Source: Candidatus Pacearchaeota archaeon (GTDB lineage Archaea > Nanobdellota > Nanobdellia > Pacearchaeales > GW2011-AR1). Taken from it: 64,000 nucleotides of DNA. Position numbers and translations under genes: made by a program. The stretch lies in contig CAXNIJ010000001.1 in NCBI GenBank assembly GCA_964202455.1, forward strand, positions 46,080-110,079, read 5' to 3'. This document shows positions 20,776 through 29,367 of the stretch, in pieces; position 1 is the stretch's first letter, and every line of letters begins with the position of its first letter. A model generated the notes under the pieces. The model made no database searches. It had not been told where the DNA came from and was given only the letters and a program-made list of their open reading frames with translations.

Positions 20776-21153
20776 TTACTTCTTCTCTTTAATCTTCCCC
20801 ACAATCCATCCAACCATTCCCCCCACAAGAACTCCTAACGGGATAAGCACCCATCCAAAGACTGAAACTAACGAGGTCACCAAACCACAGAGACTTCCTT
20901 CACGTGCGAGTATAAAACATTGAGCATCTTTCCAAGAGGCAAAGGCAATGAACAAGAGATAAATCACCCCTCCGCTAATTGCTCCCGCTTGCCGAGAGCG
21001 ATTACAAACAACCAAAAGAATCGCGGCTCCTGCAACAGCAAAGAAGAGATTAATTAGAAAAGAAATTTCCACAAAGACAGCTAAAAACCAAATTACAAGA
21101 AAGAGTAACGCGATAGAGCTCTGCATCCAGACCGGTCTTTCTTTCCATCCCAT
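20776..21153 (-). CDS. Small membrane protein
   Basis: Four hydrophobic segments. Confidence 0.6.
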   Translation of the reverse strand: MGWKERPVWMQSSIALLFLVIWFLAVFVEISFLINLFFAVAGAAILLVVCNRSRQAGAISGGVIYLLFIAFASWKDAQCFILAREGSLCGLVTSLVSVFGWVLIPLGVLVGGMVGWIVGKIKEKK

Positions 21154-21203
21154 TCTCCATCAACACCCCCTACCTTTAAATATTCTTTGCTCTCTAATTC
21201 TCT

Positions 21204-21536
21204 ATGCCTCAAATTTCCCAACAAAAAAAAGACAGGATTACCGAGCAGATTCTCCACCACCTCTTCACAGTATCTCCCTCATCTATTTTCACAGTCCAGA
21301 TAAGTAAGGAGATTGCCAGAGACGAAGAATTCACTCTCGCCCTTCTCAAAGACCTTCAGAAAAAGAAATTAATCATAGAGATTGCAAAGAACAAAGACGG
21401 CACAGACTATAAAAAGCGTAGACGCTGGCGCCTTTCAAACGAAGTTTATGATATCTACAAAAAGCAACAAGTCAATCTCAAATCCTTTCCCTCAACAGAT
21501 TCAACTATCAAAGACAATTATCAAGACAAAGAGTAA
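21204..21536 (+). CDS. Winged-helix DNA-binding protein
   Basis: ISKEIARDEEFTLALLKDLQKKKLI helix-turn-helix, then wing RRRWRLS. Confidence 0.7.
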   Translation: MPQISQQKKDRITEQILHHLFTVSPSSIFTVQISKEIARDEEFTLALLKDLQKKKLIIEIAKNKDGTDYKKRRRWRLSNEVYDIYKKQQVNLKSFPSTDSTIKDNYQDKE

Positions 21537-21590
21537 AACCTCTCTTTCATATACCTAAATCCTTATATTCTCTTTAGTCATTTAGTTTTA

Positions 21591-22361
21591 ATGGATCCCA
21601 TTAAAGAAGCTTTCACGAGGGCAAAACAAGACATTCAAGAACTAAAAGATCAGTTAACCCTATTATCTCAAGAGACTCAGTTTCTTAGGCAAACTCTCGA
21701 TGATATCCTCTTTCATCGGCAGCTCCAGCAAGCTTTTCCATCAGACAGACAGACAGACCAACACTCCAGCACACTTCAAACTCCAAAGTCTACCTCGATT
21801 CCAGCACAAACCTCTCAAAACCCATCAATCAAGCAGGAAACTCCAGCACTCCAGCACATAGATTCCAGCACTCCAGCACAAAATAACCCTTTAAAACCTC
21901 TAAAAGACCAGTTTTCAGTATTCTCCACTGGAAATGAGGGGGTTCCAGCAGACAGACAGACAGACAGACAGACAGACCAGCAGACACAAAATAGCGAGAA
22001 AATCGACTTAGAAACCCTTCATGAGCATACCTTTCAGCACATAACTGACGCTATAGATACCCTAGATCAAGCAAAAAAAGAAGTTCGTTTAAAATTTAAA
22101 CGCTTTACTAAACAAGAAATGGAAGTTTTTGGAGCAATATATTCCTACGAAGAGCGGGGACTTATCGTCGATTACGCTCTTCTTGCGCAAAAACTTGGCC
22201 TGACCGAGAGTTCTATCCGCGATTATGTTCAAAAACTCATCAAAAAAGGCGCACCGATTGTAAAAACTAAGGAAAACAATAAGAGGATCCTTCTTAAAAT
22301 CGATCCTAACCTCAAAAAAATCGCATCTTTACAAACAATTCATCAATTAAGAGAACTCTAA
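21591..22361 (+). CDS. Coiled-coil + repeat-encoded linker + C-terminal winged HTH protein
   Basis: N-terminal heptads, low-complexity linker, C-terminal FTKQEMEVF...YALLAQKLGLTESSIRDYVQKLIKKG HTH. Confidence 0.8.
   Translation: MDPIKEAFTRAKQDIQELKDQLTLLSQETQFLRQTLDDILFHRQLQQAFPSDRQTDQHSSTLQTPKSTSIPAQTSQNPSIKQETPALQHIDSSTPAQNNPLKPLKDQFSVFSTGNEGVPADRQTDRQTDQQTQNSEKIDLETLHEHTFQHITDAIDTLDQAKKEVRLKFKRFTKQEMEVFGAIYSYEERGLIVDYALLAQKLGLTESSIRDYVQKLIKKGAPIVKTKENNKRILLKIDPNLKKIASLQTIHQLREL
21723..21986 (+). repeat. Intragenic array: 8x YTCCAGCA, two (GACA)n tracts and one ORB-like site (21921-21943)
   Basis: YTCCAGCA at 21723, 21764, 21799, 21841, 21849, 21863, 21871, 21943; CAGA tracts at about 21742-21758 and 21949-21977. 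Confidence 0.85.
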
Positions 22362-22402
22362 TTCGTTTAACCGAACAACTTCTATAAAAGCTCTAGCTGA
22401 CA

Positions 22403-22868
22403 CTCACTTTCAAAATTTTTTTCTTTTACCATCGCTGTTTTTTTCATAACTCTTACTCTCAAGTCATTCATTTTTGGTCAAAATCCCCCTTTTTGCACTT
22501 TTTCTCCTCTCACTTTTTGACCGCATCAGGAAGATCGTTCATTTGCTCCCATCTTCCCTCACTTTTGGATACTTTCCTTCACTTCTGGAAGGTTTTTTAT
22601 ACGTCGAGAATCAAATATTCTCGATCGTACTCAAAATCTCCTCACTTTTGGAAGGTTTTTGATACCGAAAAAGGCATAAACCGGTAAAAAATGAGAACCA
22701 CAACTCTCACTTTTCACTATTTTTGCTCATTTTATCATGAAACTTCGTTTAATCTATCATTAACACGAACTCGCTTACTTTTCCCAACCCTCACTTTTGC
22801 GTATTTTGCGAGTTTTTCCCTTATTTCTTCAGGTACAAAGACCCTCTTTTTCCCTGTTTTCTCACTTA
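22403..22868 (+). repeat. Dispersed CTCACTTT direct-repeat array
   Basis: Exact copies at 22403, 22509, 22558, 22641, 22706, 22790 (and 23421); variants at 22578 and 22861. Confidence 0.8.
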
Positions 22869-23376
22869 TTTCCTCTAGTAGTCCTTCACTCTTCTGTTTT
22901 ATAGCATTTATCTGTCCTCTTATAGTAGATTTCTCTTTACCCAAAAGCAAGGCTAAATCTTCATAACTTAACTTCAAATCGCTATTCATCAGAGTCATTA
23001 TCAACAGTCTTTCATTTGCGGTTAAACCTTTCAAAATATCATAAATATTGCCTGTTTGAACAGGCATCTGAACAGCTTTTTCAACACCATAATCAGCTGT
23101 CTGTTTGCCTAAAACAGGCAATTTTTCAAACAACTGTTGATGTTTTTCATCATTTTTCAAAGATTCAACTTCTTCATGCAAAGCACCAAGATCAGTTTTA
23201 ATCGTCGCTATTTCAGATTTTAATGAAGAAAGTAAAGAAAACACCTGTTTGTCTTGTCCATCAAGGTGTTTGATCCACTTTCCAACCACATCAATATCAT
23301 TTTTAACTGCAGAGAAGCCTTGGCGAATTTCATCACTAGAATTATTTTCCTTCTTTTTGAATAACCAGTTGAACAT
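22735..23376 (-). CDS. Coiled-coil + linker + C-terminal winged HTH protein (MarR/HTH-like)
   Basis: LTANERLLIMTL...LSYEDLALLLGKEKSTIRGQINAIKQK HTH; same architecture as 21591..22361. Confidence 0.8.
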   Translation of the reverse strand: MFNWLFKKKENNSSDEIRQGFSAVKNDIDVVGKWIKHLDGQDKQVFSLLSSLKSEIATIKTDLGALHEEVESLKNDEKHQQLFEKLPVLGKQTADYGVEKAVQMPVQTGNIYDILKGLTANERLLIMTLMNSDLKLSYEDLALLLGKEKSTIRGQINAIKQKSEGLLEEISEKTGKKRVFVPEEIREKLAKYAKVRVGKSKRVRVNDRLNEVS

Positions 23377-23479
23377 ATCTATATTACTCGTTCGAGTATT
23401 TATAAACCTTTCGGTATCTCCTCACTTTATCGTCGATAAATAGACGTCAAAAATCAACAAAAAGTCTGACTAAAAATAG

Positions 23480-24070
23480 AGAAAAACACTCTAAAACACC
23501 AAACAACATCATTCAAACACCTTAGATGCTTAGTCAAACACTCAACATCTTACTTTAAACACCCGTTCAAACATCCCCAAACACCTTCAACCTAGATCAA
23601 ATTTTACCAATCATCGTCGACAAATTTTGGCAAAACCCCTAAACTAATCTATGGGGCAAAAAGTCTACACTTTACTATTGTTCAAATATCTGCCTTTTTT
23701 CTCTCAAAGAATAAAGAGTTTCATAGCCCGCTTTTTAATAAACTCCTTGCTTCCAAAGCAGAATTTCAAAAAAATTCATCCAGATATAAGTTTTTAAGTT
23801 TTCACAAGACCTCAACTCTATGAATCTTCCTTAACGTTGACCTTTAGACTCAGAATATCAGATATATCTTCAAATTTTTAGGGGAACAAGTACCAAAGAT
23901 CTACAAAAAGCACTAGATTATCACCAAAGCAGCCGTTCTTTCATAACAACACTTCCCCTTAGCGTTGACCTAGTCTCCAAAACACTACATGTTCGTGTTT
24001 AGAAGAGGTTCTTTCACAAAGAAACGCTCTTTCAAACATTCCGACCATCTCAAAACACTCATCCAAACAT
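23480..24070 (+). repeat. AAACAC/AAACAT direct-repeat-rich non-coding region
   Basis: About a dozen same-strand AAACA(C/T) words clustered at 23482-23585 and 23978-24070; no long ORF. Confidence 0.65.
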
Positions 24071-24126
24071 CAATTTTAATCTAGATAAACCCAAAGAGTT
24101 AAATACTTCCACAGGTTTAATCAATT

Positions 24127-24273
24127 ATGCCTAAAAAAGAAGCAGACCTCACAGCGATTTTATCCATTATAGCAGGTTTTATCATCCTAATCTGGCCCAA
24201 CATACTAGGCATAGCAGTAGGTCTTTTCCTTCTAATCACTGGAATACTAGATTTAGCAAGAAAAACCAAGTGA
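24127..24273 (+). CDS. Small two-TM membrane protein, DUF3096-like (below ORF-track cutoff)
   Basis: MPKKEADLTAILSIIAGFIILIWPNILGIAVGLFLLITGILDLARKTK*; TATA TTAAATA at about 24099. Confidence 0.75.
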   Translation: MPKKEADLTAILSIIAGFIILIWPNILGIAVGLFLLITGILDLARKTK

Positions 24274-24358
24274 TTTCTCCAGTTTAATTCTTTTCCTTTC
24301 GCTAGTAATTTTCAGCATAAAAGAAACCGCAAGATTTATATACTTCTTACGTATATCC

Positions 24359-24700
24359 ATGTGTATGAAAATAAGTAAGGAAGATATTATCAGGATAGGA
24401 AAAGGTTTTGGAGGAGAACTGCGAAACGATGCAAGTATAGAGTTTGCTTTGGAAAAGCAGGAAAATGTCAAACTCGGAGAGTATAAGAAGCTAGCTTATT
24501 TGATTAGAGCAATAGTAATTGATCATCCATTCACAGATGGAAACAAAAAAACGGCTGCATACATCGTTTTTGTTTTCGCCGAACAATTCAATAAACAAGT
24601 AGATCTTGAGCTTATTAAAGAGCAAATGATTTCAATTGCAAGTAAAAACATCAATAGTATTCGAGCAATCGAGGAGAGACTAAAAAATGTCCTTAACTGA
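24359..24700 (+). CDS. Fic/Doc family toxin
   Basis: Fic motif HPFTDGNKKTA. Confidence 0.88.
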   Translation: MCMKISKEDIIRIGKGFGGELRNDASIEFALEKQENVKLGEYKKLAYLIRAIVIDHPFTDGNKKTAAYIVFVFAEQFNKQVDLELIKEQMISIASKNINSIRAIEERLKNVLN

Positions 24701-24905
24701 ACAAGAAATACAGAGAATATTCAAAAAATACAAAGAAGTATTTGAAGAAATGGAGCACTATGACCAAACCCGCGAAAAGCTTTGGGAAAAGAAACGTATC
24801 GACATCACACTTACTCATCGTCTCATTAAGAAGTTAAAGGCCCTAAGCAAACAAACAGGCAAACCCATTTCTCATATTATAGAGGAAGCAGTTACTAAGT
24901 TATAG
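24687..24905 (+). CDS. Ribbon-helix-helix protein, putative antitoxin
   Basis: KKRIDITL...LKALSKQTGKPISHIIEEAV; overlaps Doc gene. Confidence 0.7.
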   Translation: MSLTEQEIQRIFKKYKEVFEEMEHYDQTREKLWEKKRIDITLTHRLIKKLKALSKQTGKPISHIIEEAVTKL

Positions 24906-25069
24906 TCCCAGCCAACACTTCCAAACACCTGTTTGCCCCGTTTATCGTCTATACATTTTCTAATCCCAACACCTACCAATACCTCTGTTTTCTCCTCCTT
25001 TCCCACCCATTCCCCCTCCATTTTAAACACCTATTTGCCCGTTTGTCCTAAACCATAACTTCAAACCAA

Positions 25070-25098
25070 GTGAGGCGCGAAGCGCCGAACGCGCCCGA
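25070..25098 (+). repeat. GC-rich 29-bp repeat with GGCGC-GAA-GCGCC hairpin, copy 1
   Basis: Identical to 26899-26927. Confidence 0.9.
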
Positions 25099-25137
25099 CC
25101 ACCTAAATATATAAAAATCGTTCTAAGAATAAGAGTT

Positions 25138-25467
25138 ATGGACGAAAAATCTCCCATCGAATTAATTCTCTTAGAATACCGGTGCAGAGATTTCGACGAT
25201 CGTACAATTATCTTAAGAATTAAGAATGCTCCCTTTGGGGCGAGCAGAATTCAGCAAGTTGCATGGGGCGTGAGTCCAAGTTTTCCTGCAGGAAATCCTC
25301 CTGTTTTCCCAATATACTATGAAGTGACAGGGTTCAGTCAAGAAGGAAATAGTCGTGTGATGAGATTGCCCCATAGCGGAGAACTAGTAGATTACAAGCC
25401 CTCATTTGAAGAAGCATTCAAGAGAGCATATGCGTTAGCAAAGGAACGGGCTTTGGAATATACCTGA
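25138..25467 (+). CDS. Hypothetical protein, possibly truncated (frame stays open to 25608 after the TGA)
   Basis: 109 aa ORF with upstream TATA; 46 further sense codons after the stop. Confidence 0.5.
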   Translation: MDEKSPIELILLEYRCRDFDDRTIILRIKNAPFGASRIQQVAWGVSPSFPAGNPPVFPIYYEVTGFSQEGNSRVMRLPHSGELVDYKPSFEEAFKRAYALAKERALEYT

Positions 25468-25717
25468 CCATTTTCACATGCTCCAGAATATGATCCTTCA
25501 AGAGCACACATATTTGATAGAACCTCTTTCGGAAATCTTTCCCCCTCAGATTCAGACGATCCTTGTCATAAGCTCTGGTATACACCTATTTGGTATCCTG
25601 AAATATAATTTAGATGTTCGCACAAGCTACATTAACCGAAGTATTGGCACATTTTAAGGGATTTCAGAGTGTTTTTTGAGGCGAAAGAGTTAAATAGACT
25701 CAGAAAATGAATAAATC

Positions 25718-26080
25718 ATGACTTGGACTACCCTCACTATCTCAAATAATAAAGAGTATGCCTTATTAGCAGAACAATATTTTAAGGAAGATCGTCGTAG
25801 GGAACCTGGAGAATATACGTCTTCAGGTTGGTTAAGAAGGCAAGCGAGATTAGGGATCTATAGTCTATTAATGAATTGCTTATCCGATCCGACTCATTTT
25901 ATGAAAGTAACTCAATTTATCAATTCAAATTCGATTGGAGAAGTAGTTAGATTGGTCGAAACGTTTAGAAATGGTCATCAAGAGAATTTAGCGACATATT
26001 TCGGTTGGAGTGATTTAAGTACAATTCAAAGAAAGATAGACTTAAGGAATGAGTTACTTGCTAAACTGTTTCAAGCGTAA
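25718..26080 (+). CDS. Hypothetical protein
   Basis: 120 aa ORF with BRE/TATA (CGAAAGAGTTAAATA) upstream. Confidence 0.6.
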   Translation: MTWTTLTISNNKEYALLAEQYFKEDRRREPGEYTSSGWLRRQARLGIYSLLMNCLSDPTHFMKVTQFINSNSIGEVVRLVETFRNGHQENLATYFGWSDLSTIQRKIDLRNELLAKLFQA

Positions 26081-26158
26081 TCTTCCTCCCTTTTCTTAAA
26101 ACTTTCAGCATAAAGGAAAAACCGAAATATTTATATATCAGTTATACATCGAGTATAC

Positions 26159-26392
26159 ATGGCAGAAGAATCAACTATCCTCTTAGACAAGAAAGTAATT
26201 GAGCAACTTAAAGAAGCGAAAGAATATCCTCGCCAGACATACAATGAACTTCTTAATAAAATGACTCATCTTTTCATAACTCTCAAAAAACAAAAAGAGA
26301 GACAATACGACCGTTTTCTCTTTGAAATACAAAAGAAAAAGATGAGAGAACTCTGGGATAATGAATATGATGAAGTTTGGGAGAAAGTATAA
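26159..26392 (+). CDS. Putative antitoxin for the downstream MazF-like toxin
   Basis: STILL...TYNELL N-terminus and ELWDNEYDEVW C-terminus; overlaps toxin. Confidence 0.7.
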   Translation: MAEESTILLDKKVIEQLKEAKEYPRQTYNELLNKMTHLFITLKKQKERQYDRFLFEIQKKKMRELWDNEYDEVWEKV

Positions 26393-26687
26393 GTTTGGCG
26401 ACGTTATTTTAGCGTCGGTCCAGTATACAGATACATCGGAGATTAAAACTCGTCCTGCACTGGTGCTCTTTGAAGAGCATGAAAATATTGTAATTGCAGG
26501 GATAACGAGTAATCCTCATATGCAAGGTATTTCTCTTACTAAACAAGAAGGAATGGTCGCAGAGAGTATTGTTAAACTGAATTATATTATGACTCTCACA
26601 GAATTAATGGTCAAGAAGTATCTCTTCACGATTTCAGAAGAGAAAAAACAACAAATTAAGGATGAATTTTGCAAGAAGCTACAATAA
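26361..26687 (+). CDS. mazF: PemK/MazF family endoribonuclease toxin
   Basis: KFGDVIL...YTD...KTRPALVL...IAGITSN. Confidence 0.85.
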   Translation: MNMMKFGRKYKFGDVILASVQYTDTSEIKTRPALVLFEEHENIVIAGITSNPHMQGISLTKQEGMVAESIVKLNYIMTLTELMVKKYLFTISEEKKQQIKDEFCKKLQ

Positions 26688-26898
26688 AATTTGAATCCAA
26701 ACCCTTACGAAAAGATCATGAACGGGGATTCATTGTTCCAGACAAGCTTACATCTAGCTTGGATCTTAAAGGAGGTGAAAAATTGCTTTCGCCCTCTTGA
26801 AATATTAGGGATTTTTAGAGGTTGTTTTAAACAGCTGTTTGTTCGTTTAATCATTCAAAAACCTGTCCCCTTTCCTAGAACAATAACTTCAAATCTCT

Positions 26899-26927
26899 GT
26901 GAGGCGCGAAGCGCCGAACGCGCCCGA
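26899..26927 (+). repeat. GC-rich 29-bp hairpin repeat, copy 2
   Basis: Identical to 25070-25098. Confidence 0.9.
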
Positions 26928-26964
26928 TCGAAAGAATTAAATATATCGGAGCATACAAATAGAT

Positions 26965-27183
26965 ATGACTTATCAGGTAGTTGTGGGAATTCTATTATCT
27001 GTTCTTGGTCTTCTTGTTTGTATTTTCCCAAAGTCATTTTCGGGGTTCCTTAGTACTAGTAAAAATATTTTGGGAAGAAATTTTAAAGAAAAGTTGGGTG
27101 AAAGCAAAGGAAAAATAATTACGATTGTCTGGAGTATAATTATCTCAATATTGAGTCCAATTGCCATCTTTACATCGAAATAG
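26965..27183 (+). CDS. Small two-TM membrane protein
   Basis: 72 aa, two hydrophobic segments, TATA upstream. Confidence 0.55.
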   Translation: MTYQVVVGILLSVLGLLVCIFPKSFSGFLSTSKNILGRNFKEKLGESKGKIITIVWSIIISILSPIAIFTSK

Positions 27184-27370
27184 AATCAATTTAGAAGATA
27201 ATTTGTAAAAGGGCGCATAATCTACCTTAGACGAACCTTTAGAGCTCTTTTTCGCCCCAAAAGTTCGCTTTTTTATTTGTTGACATTAACTTTGTTGTAT
27301 TGCCCTATAAACAACGATCTTTTTGAGTTTTGAGGGAAAGATTTAATAATATTCATCAAGCCAGAGAGAT

Positions 27371-27736
27371 ATGGACAGTGCACCATTTATACATCCTCAA
27401 CCAGACTTAGGAAAATATCTTGCAAGTTTTGTAGGCGGTACCAGCAGATATCGAGAAGCACGTTCTTCCGATAACAACGTTGTTGTGGGAGAATTTATGA
27501 TTGAACATTTGAAAAGAAAATTGCCTCTAGAACAGCTTGAGGCAATAGTACGAGAATATTTGCTAAGAAGGGGATTCCTAGATGTCACAGAAGGATCAGA
27601 AGAGACGACATCAGATATCAATTCAAGCTCTCGAAAGTATTTTCATCCCACCTATTCTCAGACTCATAATTGGAAGGTATTAGTCAACGTTCCTGGTTCT
27701 CGTAAAGACATTTCGGTAAGTTGGTCCATTTACTAG
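27371..27736 (+). CDS. Hypothetical protein
   Basis: 121 aa; GAAAGATTTAATA promoter upstream. Confidence 0.6.
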   Translation: MDSAPFIHPQPDLGKYLASFVGGTSRYREARSSDNNVVVGEFMIEHLKRKLPLEQLEAIVREYLLRRGFLDVTEGSEETTSDINSSSRKYFHPTYSQTHNWKVLVNVPGSRKDISVSWSIY

Positions 27737-27870
27737 AAAAGCAATATTAGTGCCTGAATATTATTAACTTCTCTTAAAACTTTCAGCATGCTCAAAGAGT
27801 TCGTTTAATTATATAAAAAACTATTCTTCCCAACACAAATATTTATATATCTCTAGAATACCTCAATATA

Positions 27871-28266
27871 ATGGGAAAAACACAAAGACTTCGACATATT
27901 CAGCCAACTCATGGAGACAGGAATTATTTTATTTATGATGATGACAAAGGAAATGAGGTTTTTGCCTTTCCAACACCCATAGGTTCTCCAACAATATTTT
28001 CTGCCAGAGACGAGAATGGAGAGTCATTTAATGAGGCTGCAGTTAGAAGCGAATTAATTTCCCGTGCCAGGTTTATAGAAAGAACAGAAGGATTACATCT
28101 TAGAACCATCAACTCATATACTGCTATTCGCGTACATTTTGGAAATTTTCCCACTATAAAGACTAGTGATAGGCCCTCTTTAGAGGTAGATTTAGAAATA
28201 TATGGTGTACAATTTTACCAATCCACATTTTTAGATCGCAAATCTACTAAAAAAAGACCAGCGTAA
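27871..28266 (+). CDS. Hypothetical protein
   Basis: 131 aa; TTTATATA promoter upstream. Confidence 0.6.
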   Translation: MGKTQRLRHIQPTHGDRNYFIYDDDKGNEVFAFPTPIGSPTIFSARDENGESFNEAAVRSELISRARFIERTEGLHLRTINSYTAIRVHFGNFPTIKTSDRPSLEVDLEIYGVQFYQSTFLDRKSTKKRPA

Positions 28267-28399
28267 TCTTTCTGCTCTCTCTTAAATCTTTCAGCACATT
28301 CAAAGAGTTCGTTTAATATAAACTTAATCTTCTTCCTTTCTCTTAAATCTTTCAGCACAAAGGAAAAGTTTATAAACTATAACAAATTATATAATTGAT

Positions 28400-28618
28400 A
28401 TGGAACAAACAACTATTCAAATAAGTAAAACTCTCTTGGAACAGCTAAAGTTACGAAAGATGACTAAAAAAGAGAGCTATGAAGGAATTATTTGGGATTT
28501 GCTTGAAGATACAATGGAGTTATCCGATGAAACAAAACGCGCGATCGAAGAAGGAAGAAAGCAGATACTTGAAGAAAAAGTTGTTTCTTTTGAAGATTTG
28601 AAACGAGAGTTCCAGTAA
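28400..28618 (+). CDS. Putative antitoxin (RHH/RelB-like)
   Basis: TTIQISK...ESYEGIIWDLLED; adjacent to RelE. Confidence 0.75.
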   Translation: MEQTTIQISKTLLEQLKLRKMTKKESYEGIIWDLLEDTMELSDETKRAIEEGRKQILEEKVVSFEDLKREFQ

Positions 28619-28619
28619 T

Positions 28620-28874
28620 ATGCACTACCAGATCTCTTTTTCTGAACAAGCAGCCAACTTTATTAGAAAATTAGACAAATCTCAAAGAGAACGAATTTTC
28701 GCCGTTCTCGAAAGAATCAAAATTCGTCCAGAAGATTTCGTTGAAAAACTAGTTGGAGAACAGGGGTACAAGCTCCGCATAGGAGATTATCGATTATTTT
28801 TAGATATTCAACAGAATACTATTATTATCTTCGTCGTAGAAGTCAGGCATCGAAAAAATGCGTACAAAAAATAA
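28620..28874 (+). CDS. relE: RelE/ParE family toxin
   Basis: KLVG..GYKLRIGDYRL...VRHRKNAYK. Confidence 0.9.
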   Translation: MHYQISFSEQAANFIRKLDKSQRERIFAVLERIKIRPEDFVEKLVGEQGYKLRIGDYRLFLDIQQNTIIIFVVEVRHRKNAYKK

Positions 28875-28920
28875 TACTCTCCCTTTCTCTTAAATCGTTC
28901 AGCATCTCCAAAGAGTTCGT

Positions 28921-29367
28921 TTAAACTGCCCAATAGTCTGGAATATCAAATCCATCATCATTCAGTGATTTTTTTAATTCAGGATCATTCCATTCACAAA
29001 CAATAAGCTGAAACTGAGAAATGGAAGGTGAATAAAGACAACGAACATCAGCAAGAACAGCATTTCTACCTCTACTTTCTAAAAAAAGCAAAAAATCTAG
29101 ATTTGTTTCATATATTTTACCTTTAGTATTTTTAACAAAAGCCAAAGAAAAAGGAACGTCTCCACTAGAATCAGCAAGATACGGATTTTCATCCCCCAAT
29201 ATTGCACGAAGATTATTTGCAAAGTTGATAATTGCGAGCCCATTATATTCTTTGGCGCGACTAAAGAAGGGCGCAGAAGTTGTTTCAATTCTATCTTAAT
29301 TATCAACAAAGTCTCGAATGTTTTTACAATTATACACTAGAACATTACATTTTTTAAATAGAGACAT
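28921..29367 (-). pseudogene. Hypothetical gene with in-frame TAA at 29296-29298
   Basis: ATG 29367 (MSLFKKCNV...FVDN*DRIETT...) continues in frame into ORF 28921..29199. Confidence 0.4.

Noticed and set aside
22474..22966. Short plus-strand ORFs 22474, 22493 and 22691
   Set aside because: Products of the CTCACTTT-rich repeat DNA or antisense to the wHTH gene; no protein features.
886..29367. Stop-codon reassignment suggested by in-frame stops at 946, 25465 and 29296
   Set aside because: TAA, TGA and TAG all terminate conserved core genes at expected lengths; isolated nonsense changes are more likely.
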